64,000 nucleotides of DNA, taken from NCBI RefSeq assembly GCF_009914755.1, contig NC_060933.1. The stretch is one strand, 5' to 3'. The notes beneath the pieces were generated by a model. It did not search any database and had not been told where the DNA came from. It saw only the letters and a program-made list of their open reading frames with translations. Position 1 is the stretch's first letter; each line of letters opens with the position of its first letter. This DNA is from the human T2T-CHM13v2.0 reference genome, Homo sapiens. The position numbers and the translations under genes were made by a program. Of this stretch, positions 54,901 through 64,000 are shown in pieces.

Positions 54901-57900
54901 GAAGGTTTCGTTGGAAACGGGAATATCTTCATATAAAATCTAGACGGAAGCATTCTCAGAAAGTGCTTTGTGATGTTTGCATTCAAGTCACAGAGTTGAA
55001 TATTCCCTTTTATAGAGCAGGTTTGAAACACTCTTTCTGCACTACCTGGAAGTGGACATTTGGAGCGCTTTGAGGCCTATGTTGAAAAAGGAAATATCTT
55101 CCCATAAAAACTAGACAGAAGCATTCTCAGAAACTTGTTTGTGATGTGTGTATTCAACTAACAGAGATGAACCTTTCTTTTTACAGAGCAGTTTTGAAAC
55201 ACTCTTTTTGTGGAATCTGAAAGTGGATATTTGGATAGCTTTGAGGATTTCGTTGGAAACGGGATTACATATAAAACCTAGAGAGAAGCATTCTCAGGAA
55301 CTTCTTTGTGATGTTTGCCTTCAAGTCACAGGACTGAACATTCCCTTTCATAGAGCAGGTTTGAAACACTCTTTCTGTAGTATCTGCAAGCTGACGTTTC
55401 ATGCGCTTTCAGGCCTATGGTGAGAAAGGAAATATCTTCAAGTAAAAACTAGACAGAAGCATTGTCAGAAACTTATTTGCCATGTGTGTTCTCAACTAAC
55501 AGAGTTGAACCTTTGTTTTGATACGGCATTTTGGAAACACTCTTTTTGTAGAATCTGCAGGTGGATATTCGGATAGCTTTGAAGGTTTCGTTGGAAACGG
55601 GAATATCTTCATATAAAATCTAGACGGAAGCATTCTCAGAAACTGCTTTGTGATGTTTTCATTCAAGTCACAGTGTAGAATGTTCCCTGTTATATACCAG
55701 GTTTGAGACACTCTTTCTGCACTACCTGGAAGTGGACGTTTGGAGCGCTTTGAGGCCTATGTTGAAAAAGGAAATATCTTCCCATAAAAACTAGACAGAA
55801 GCATTCTCAGAAACTTGTTTCTGATGTGTGTATTCAACTAACAGAGATGAACCTTTCTTTTTACAGAGTAGTTTTGAAACACTCTTTTTGTGGAATCTGA
55901 AAGTGGATATTTGGATAGCTTTGCGGATTTCGTTGGAAACGGGATTACATATAAAATCTAGGGAGAAGCATTCTCAGGAACTTCTTTGTGATGTTTGCAT
56001 TCAAGTCACAGAACTGAACATTCCCTTTCATAGAGCAGGTTTGAAACACTCTTTCTGTAGTATCTGCAAGTGGACGTTTCAAGCGCTTTCAGGCCTGTGG
56101 TGAAAAAGGAAATATCTTCAAATAAAAACTAGACAGAAGCATTCTCAGAAACTTATTTGCGATGTGTGTTCTCAGCTAAGAGAGTTGAACCTTTGTTTTG
56201 ATACAGCATTTTGGAAACACTCTTTTTGTAGGATCTGCAGGTGGATATTTGGATAGCTTTGAAGGTTTCTTTGGAAACGGGAATATCTTCATATAATATC
56301 AAGACAGAAGCATTCTCAGAAACTTCTCTGTTCTGTTTGCATTCAACTCATAGAGTTGAACACTTCCTTTCATACAGCAGGTTTGAAACACTCTTTTTCT
56401 AATATTTGGAAGTGGACATTTGCAGCGCTTTGAGGCCTATGTTGAAAAAGGAAATATCTTCTCCTAAAAACCAGACAGAAGCATTCTCAGAAACTTCCTT
56501 GTGATGTGTGTACTCAAGTAACAGAGTTGAACCTTCCTTTTGACAGAGCAGTTTTGAAGCACTCTTTTTGTAGAATCTGCAAGTGGATATTTTGATACCT
56601 TTGAGGATTTCGTTGGACACGGGATATCTTCATATAAAATCTAGACAGAAGCATTCTCAGAAACTTCTTTGTGCTGTATGTCCTCAATTAACAGAGTTGA
56701 ACCTTTGTGTGGATACAGCATTTTGGAAACATTCCTTTAGTAGAATCTGCAAGTTGATATTTAGATAGCTAGGAAGATTTCCTTGGAAACGGGAATATCT
56801 TCATATAAAATCTAGACGGAAGCATTCTCAGAAAGTGCTTTGTGATGTTTGCATTCAAGTCACAGAGTTGAATATTCCCTTTTATAGAGTAGGTTTGAAA
56901 CACTCTTTCTGCACTACCTGGAAGTGGACATTTGGAGCGCTTTGAGGCCTATGTTGAAAAAGGAAATATCTTCCCATAAAAACTAGACAGAAGCATTCTC
57001 AGAAACTTGTTTGTGATGTGTGTATTCAACTAACAGAGATGAACCTTTCTTTTTACAGAGCAGTTTTGGAACACTCTTTTTGTGGAATCTGAAAGTGGAT
57101 ATTTGGATAGCTTTGAGGATTTCGTTGGAAACGGGATTACATATAAAACCTAGAGAGAAGCATTCTCAGGAACTTCTTTGTGATGTTTGCCTTCAAGTCA
57201 CAGGACTGAACATTCCCTTTCATAGAGCAGGTTTGAAACACTCTTTCTGTAGTATCTGCAAGCTGACGTTTCATGCGCTTTCAGGCCTATGGTGAGAAAG
57301 GAAATATCTTCAAGTAAAAACTAGACAGAAGCATTGTCAGAAACTTATTTGCCATGTGTGTTCTCAACTAACAGAGTTGAACCTTTGTTTTGATACGGCA
57401 TTTTGGAAACACTCTTTTTGTAGAATCTGCAGGTGGATATTCGGATAGCTTTGAAGGTTTCGTTGGAAACGGGAATATCTTCATATAAAATCTAGACGGA
57501 AGCATTCTCAGAAACTGCTTTGTGATGTTTTCATTCAAGTCACAGTGTAGAATGTTCCCTGTTATATACCAGGTTTGAGACACTCTTTCTGCACTACCTG
57601 GAAGTGGACGTTTGGAGCGCTTTGAGGCCTATGTTGAAAAAGGAAATATCTTCCCATAAAATCAAGACAGAAGCATTCTCAGAAACTTCTCTGTGATGTT
57701 TGCATTCAACTCATAGAGTTGAACACTTCCCTTCATACAGCAGGTTTGAAACACTCTTTTTCTAATATTTGGAAGTGGACATTTGCAGCGCTTTGAGGCC
57801 TATGTTGAAAAAGGAAATATCTTCCCCTAAAAACCAGACAGAAGCATTCTCAGAAACTTCCTTGTGATGTGTGTACTCAAGTAACAGAGTTGAACCTTCC

Positions 57901-60216
57901 TTTTGACAGAGCAGTTTTGAAGCACTCTTTTTGTAGAATCTGCAAGTGGATATTTTGATACCTCTGAGGATTTCGTTGGAAACGGGATTACATATAAAAC
58001 CTAGAGAGAAGCATTCTCAGGAACTTCTTTGTGATGTTGGCCTTCAAGTCACAGGACTGAACATTCCCTTTCATAGAGCAGGTTTGAAACACTCTTTCTG
58101 TAGTATCTGCAAGCTGACGTTTCAAGCGCTTTCAGGCCTATGGTGAGAAAGGAAATATCTTCAAGTAAAAACTAGACAGAAGCATTCTCAGAAACTTATT
58201 TGCCATGTGTGTTCTCAACTAACAGAGTTGAACCTTTGTTTTGATACGGCATTTTGGAAACACTCTTTTTGTAGAATCTGCAGGTGGATATTCGGATAGC
58301 TTTGAAGGTTTCGTTGGAAACGGGAATATCTTCATATAAAATCTAGACGGAAGCATTCTCAGAAACTGCTTTGTGATGTTTTCATTCAAGTCACAGAGTA
58401 GAATGTTCCCTGTTATATACCAGGTTTGAGACACTCTTTCTGCACTACCTGGAAGTGGACGTTTGGAGCGCTTTGAGGCGTATGTTGAAAAAGGAAATAT
58501 CTTCCCATAAAAACTAGACAGAAGCATTCTCAGAAACTTGTTTGTGATGTGTGTATTCAACTAACAGAGATGAACCTTTCTTTTTACAGAGCAGTTTTGA
58601 AACACTCTTTTTGTGGAATCTGAAAGTGGATATTTGGATAGCTTTGAGGATTTCGTTGGAAACGGGATTACATATAAAATCTAGAGAGAAGCATTCTCAG
58701 GAACTTCTTTGTGATGTTTGCATTCACGTCACTGAACTGAACATTCCCTTTCATAGAGCATGTTTGAAACACTCTTTCTGTAGTATCTGCAAACGGACAT
58801 TTCAAACGCTTTCAGGCCTATGGTGAGAAAGGAAATATCTTCAAATAAAAACTAGACAGAAGCATTCTCAGAAACTTATTTGCGATGTGTGTCCTCAACT
58901 AACAGAGTTGAACCTTTCTTTTGATACAACATTTTGGAACCACTCTTTTTGTAGAATCTGCAAGTGGATATTTGGATAGCTTTGAAGGTTTCGTTGGAAA
59001 CGGGAATATCTTCATATAAAATCAAGACAGAAGCATTCTCAGAAACTTCCCTGTGATGTTTGCATTCAACTCATAGAGTTGAACACTTCCCTTCATACAG
59101 CAGGTTTGAAACACTCTTTTTCTAATATTTGGAAGTGGACATTTGCAGCGCTTTGAGGCCTAAGTTGAAAAAGGAAATATCTTCTCCTAAAAACCAGACA
59201 GAAGCATTCTCAGAAACTTCCTTGTGATGTGTGTACTCAAGTAACAGAGTTGAACCTTCCTTTTGACAGAGCAGTTTGGAAGCACTCTTTTTGTAGAATC
59301 TGCAAGTGGATATTTTGATACCTTTGAGGATTTCGTTGGACACGGGATATCTTCATATAAAATCTAGACAGAAGCATTCTCAGAAACTTCTTTGTGCTGT
59401 ATGTCCTCAATTAACAGAGTTGAACCTTTGTGTGGATACAGCATTTTGGAAACATTCCTTTAGTAGAATCTGCAAGTTGATATTTAGATAGCTAGGAAGA
59501 TTTCCTTGGAAACGGGAATATCTTCATATAAAATCTAGACGGAAGCATTCTCAGAAAGTGCTTTGTGATGTTTGCATTCAAGTCACAGAGTTGAATATTC
59601 CCTTTTATAGAGCAGGTTTGAAGCACTCTTTCTGCACTACCTGGAAGTGGACATTTGGAGGGCTTTGAGGCCTATGTTGAAAAAGGAAATATCTTCCCAT
59701 AAAAACTAGACAGAAGCATTCTCAGAAACTTGTTTGTGATGTGTGTATTCAACTAACAGAGATGAACCTTTCTTTTTACAGAGCAGTTTTGAAACACTCT
59801 TTTTGTGGAATCTGAAAGTGGATATTTGGATAGCTTTGAGGATTTCGTTGGAAACGGGATTACATATAAAACCTAGAGAGAAGCATTCTCAGGAACTACT
59901 TTGTGATGTTTGCCTTCAAGTCACAGGACTGAACATTCCCTTTCATAGAGCAGGTTTGAAACACTCTTTCTGTAGTATCTGCAAGCTGACGTTTCATGCG
60001 CTTTCAGGCCTATGGTGAGAAAGGAAATATCTTCAAGTAAAAACTAGACAGAAGCATTCTCAGAAACTTATTTGCCATGTGTGTTCTCAACTAACAGAGT
60101 TGAACCTTTGTTTTGATGCGGCATTTTGGAAACACTCTTTTTGTAGAATCTGCAGGAGGATATTCGGATAGCTTTGAAGGTTTCGTTGGAAACGGGAATA
60201 TCTTCATATAAAATCT
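44361..60216 (+). repeat. 5275-bp (31-monomer) super-repeat, 3 full copies
   Basis: 16/15/16/15/16-mer units starting at 45926, 48649, 51201, 53924 and 56476; periodicity ends at TCTGGACGG (G at 60217). Confidence 0.9.
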
Positions 60217-61070
60217 GGACGGAAGCATTCTCAGAAACTTCTCTGTGATGTTTGCATTCAACTCATAGAGTTGAACACTTCCCTTCATACTGCAGGTTTG
60301 AAACACTCTTTTTGTAATATTTGGAAGGGGACATTTGCAGCGCTTTGAGGCCTATGATGAAAAAGGAAATATCTTCCCATAAAAACTAGACAGAAGCATT
60401 CTCAGAAACTTGTTTGTGATGTGTGTATTCAACTAACAGAGATGAACCTTTCTTTTTACAGAGCAGTTTTGAAACAATCTTTTTGTGGAATCTGAAAGTG
60501 GATATTTGGATAGCTTTGCGGATTTCGTTGGAAACGGGATTACATATAAAATCTAGGGAGAAGCATTCTCAGGAACTTCTTTGTGATGTTTGCATTCAAG
60601 TCACAGAACTGAACATTCCCTTTCATAGAGCAGGTTTGAAACACTCTTTCTGTAGTATCTACAAGCGGACGTTTCAAGCGCTTTCAGGCCTGTGGTGAAA
60701 AAGGAAATATCTTCAAATAAAAACTAGACAGAAGCATTCTCAGAAACTTATTTGCGATGTGTGTTCTCAACTAAAAGAGTTGAACCTTTGTTTGGATACA
60801 GCACTTTGGAAACACTCTTTTTGTAGAATCTGCAAGTGGATATTTGGATAGCTTTGAAGGTTTCGTTGGAAACGGGAATATCTTCATATAAAATCAAGAC
60901 AGAAGCATTCTCAGAAACTTCTCTGTGATGTTTGCATTCAACTCATAGAGTTGAACACTTCCCTTCATACAGCAGGTTTGAAACACTCTTTTTCTAATAT
61001 TTGGAAGTGGACATTTGCAGGGCTTTGAGGCCTATGTTGAAAAAGGAAATATCTTCTCCTAAAAACCAGA
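59199..61070 (+). repeat. HOR unit, 11-mer spanning the haplotype switch at ~60217
   Basis: Marker spacing 59306 to 61178. Confidence 0.9.
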
Positions 61071-62604
61071 CAGAAGCATTCTCAGAAAGTTCCTTGTGAT
61101 GTGTGTACTCAAGTAACAGAGTTGAACCTTCCTTTTGACAGAGCAGTTTTGAAGCACTCTTTTTGTAGAATCTGCAAGTGGATATTTTGATACCTTTGAG
61201 GATTTCGTTGGACACGGGATATCTTCATATAAAATCTAGACAGAAGCATTCTCAGAAACTTCTTTGTGCTGTATGTCCTCAATTAACAGAGTTGAACCTT
61301 TGTGTGGATACAGCATTTTGGAAACATTCCTTTAGTAGAATCTGCAAGTTGATATTTAGATAGCTAGGAAGATTTCCTTGGAAACGGGAATATCTTCATA
61401 TAAAATCTAGATGGAAGCATTCTCAGAAAGTGCTTTGTGATGTTTGCATTCAAGTCACAGAGTTGAATATTCCCTTTTATAGAGCAGGTTTGAAACACTC
61501 TTTCTGCACTACCTGGAAGTGGACATTTGGAGCGCATTGAGGCCTATGTTGAAAAAGGAAATATCTTCCCATAAAAACTAGACAGAAGCATTCTCAGAAA
61601 CTTGTTTGTGATGTGTGTATTCAACTAACAGAGATGAACCTTTCTTTTTACAGAGCAGTTTTGAAACACTCTTTTTGTGGAATCTGAAAGTGGATATTTG
61701 GATAGCTTTGAGGATTTCGTTGGAAACGGGATTACATATAAAACCTAGAGAGAAGCATTCTCAGGAACTTCTTTGTGATGTTTGCATTCAAGTCACAGAA
61801 CTGAACATTCCCTTTCATAGAGCAGGTTTGAAACACTCTTTCTGTAGTATCTGCAAGCTGACGTTTCATGCGTTTTCAGGCCTATGGTGAGAAAGGAAAT
61901 ATCTTCAAGTAAAAACTAGACAGAAGCATTCTCAGAAACTTATTTGCCATGTGTGTTCTCAACTAACAGAGTTGAACCTTTGTTTTGATACGGCATTTTG
62001 GAAACACTCTTTTTGTAGAATCTGCAGGTGGATATTCGGATAGCTTTGAAGGTTTCGTTGGAAACGGGAATATCTTCATATAAAATCTACACGGAAGCAT
62101 TCTCAGAAACTGCTTTGTGATGTTCTCATTCAAGTCACAGAGTAGAATGTTCCCTGTTATATACCAGGTTTGAGACACTCTTTCTGCACTACCTGGAAGT
62201 GGACGTTTGGAGCGCTTTGAGGCGTATGTTGAAAAAGGAAATATCTTCCCATAAAAACTAGACAGAAGCATTCTCAGAAACTTATTTGCGATGTGTGTTC
62301 TCAACTAAAAGAGTTGAACCTTTGTTTGGATACAGCACTTTGGAAACACTCTTTTTGTAGAATCTGCAAGTGGATATTTGGATAGCTTTGAAGGTTTCGT
62401 TGGAAACGGGAATATCTTCATATAAAATCAAGACAGAAGCATTCTCAGAAACTTCTCTGTGATGTTTGCATTCAACTCATAGAGTTGAACACTTCCCTTC
62501 ATACAGCAGGTTTGAAACACTCTTTTTCTAATATTTGGAAGTGGACATTTGCAGCGCTTTGAGGCCTATGTTGAAAAAGGAAATATCTTCTCCTAAAAAC
62601 CAGA
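61071..62604 (+). repeat. HOR unit, 9-mer, 1534 bp (11-mer lacking one m4-m5 dimer)
   Basis: Marker spacing 61178 to 62712; m7 is followed directly by an m6-type monomer at ~62263. Confidence 0.9.
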
Positions 62605-64000
62605 CAGAAGCATTCTCAGAAACTTCCTTGTGATGTGTGTACTCAAGTAACAGAGTTGAACCTTCCTTTTGACAGAGCAGTTTTGAAGCACTCTTTTTGT
62701 AGAATCTGCAAGTGGATATTTTGATACCTTTGAGGATTTCGTTGGACACGGGATATCTTCATATAAAATCTAGACAGAAGCATTCTCAGAAACTTCTTTG
62801 TGCTGTATGTCCTCAATTAACAGAGTTGAACCTTTGTGTGGATACAGCATTTTGGAAACATTCCTTTAGTAGAATCTGCAAGTTGATATTTAGATAGCTA
62901 GGAAGATTTCCTTGGAAACGGGAATATCTTCATATAAAATCTAGACGGAAGCATTCTCAGAAAGTGCTTTGTGATGTTTGCATTCAAGTCACAGAGTTGA
63001 ATATTCCCTTTAATAGAGCAGGTTTGAAACACTGTTTCTGCACTACCTGGAAGTGGACATTTGGAGCGCTTTGAGGCCTATGTTGAAAAAGGTAATATCT
63101 TCCCATAAAAACTAGACAGAAGCATTCTCAGAAACTTGTTTGTGATGTGTGTATTCAACTAACAGAGATGAACCTTTCTTTTTACAGAGCAGTTTTGAAA
63201 CACTCTTTTTGTGGAATCTGAAAGTGGATATTTGGATAGCTTTGAGGATTTCGTTGGAAACGGGATTACATATAAAACCTAGAGAGAAGCATTCTCAGGA
63301 ACTTCTTTGTGATGTTTGCATTCAAGTCACAGAACTGAACATTCCCTTTCATAGAGCAGGTTTGAAACACTCTTTCTGTAGTATCTGCAAGCTGACGTTT
63401 CAAGCGCTTTCAGGCCTATGGTGAGAAAGGAAATATCTTCAAGTAAAAACTAGACAGAAGCATTCTCAGAAACTTATTTGCCATGTGTGTTCTCAACTAA
63501 CAGAGTTGAACCTTTGTTTTGATACGGCATTTTGGAAACACTCTTTTTGTAGAATCTGCAGGTGGATATTCGGATAGCTTTGAAGGTTTCGTTGGAAACG
63601 GGAATATCTTCATATAAAATCTAGACGGAAGCATTCTCAGAAACTGCTTTGTGATGTTTTCATTCAAGTCACAGAGTAGATGTTCCCTGTTATATACCAG
63701 GTTTGAGACACTCTTTCTGCACTACCTGGAAGTGGACGTTTGGAGCGCTTTGAGGCGTATGTTGAAAAAGGAAATATCTTCCCATAAAAACTAGACAGAA
63801 GCATTCTCAGAAACTTGTTTGTGATGTGTGTATTCAACTAACAGAGATGAACCTTTCTTTTTACAGAGCAGTTTTGAAACACTCTTTTTGTGGAATCTGA
63901 AAGTGGATATTTGGATAGCTTTGAGGATTTCGTTTGAAAAGGGATTACATATAAAATCTAGAGAAAAGCATTCTCAGGAACTTCTTTGTGATGTTTGCAT
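62605..64000 (+). repeat. Partial HOR unit truncated by the window end
   Basis: m1-m3 + A + start of the next 4-mer. Confidence 0.9.

Larger units (their letters stand above)
38703..57205 (+). repeat. Large near-identical duplication, copy 2
   Basis: Constant offset of 23143 from 15560-34062 (e.g. 18466/41609, 22890/46033, 33440/56583). Confidence 0.85.
1..64000 (+). repeat. Centromeric alpha-satellite higher-order repeat array (dimeric, SF2-like; probably human chr4 D4Z1/S2C4H1L, alternative chr9 D9Z4)
   Basis: Continuous ~170-bp monomers beginning CAGAAGCATTCTCAG, all in one orientation. CENP-B boxes recur at ~340-bp spacing (796, 1134, 1476) with a 680-bp 4-mer periodicity. Alpha-satellite identity is secure; the chromosome assignment is inference (~0.65). 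Confidence 0.99.

Noticed and set aside
75-63424. Over 100 recurring 61-113 aa ORFs (MYSTNRDEP..., MSQTWYITG..., MSNEILKG..., MDILIPLR...)
   Set aside because: They are chance reading frames of alpha satellite that recur with the repeat period. Many begin at GTG/TTG, none has a recognisable domain, and single SNVs create or destroy them. I used them only as positional markers.
1-64000. CRISPR-like or diversity-generating cassette array (conserved AGACAGAAGCATTCTCAGAAAC with variable intervening sequence)
   Set aside because: The intervening sequences are homologous ~150-bp monomer bodies, not unique spacers, and there are no cas, reverse transcriptase or recombinase genes.
1-64000. L1/Alu insertion or inversion within the array
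   Set aside because: Every marker interval is a whole number of monomers. I saw no poly(A) tail, target-site duplication, foreign sequence or strand switch.

Overview
The whole 64 kb is one uninterrupted, single-orientation array of primate (most likely human) centromeric alpha satellite: ~170-bp monomers, with CENP-B-box monomers (TTTCGTTGGAAACGGGA) mostly alternating with pJalpha/A-box monomers in a dimeric pattern. I see no genes, RNA genes, CRISPR arrays, transposon insertions or inversions; all listed ORFs are chance translations of the satellite. The higher-order repeat (HOR) is 3 fixed monomers (m1-m3) plus a variable number of 680-bp 4-mer subunits (types I call A, B, C, D). There are 25 complete HOR units: ten 16-mers (2723 bp), eight 15-mers (2552/2553 bp), five 11-mers (1872 bp), one 23-mer (3912 bp) and one 9-mer (1534 bp). 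The four subunit types imply a 19-mer parent, which fits the chr4 D4Z1 family (chr9 D9Z4 is the main alternative), but no 19-mer occurs here. I found no new gene system. The interest is structural: an out-of-register 16-mer, a 5275-bp (31-monomer) super-repeat, nested 9.9/20.4/23.1-kb duplications, breakpoints at or near CENP-B-box positions, CENP-B-box gaps and a divergent haplotype patch. All comparisons were made by eye, so SNV counts are approximate.
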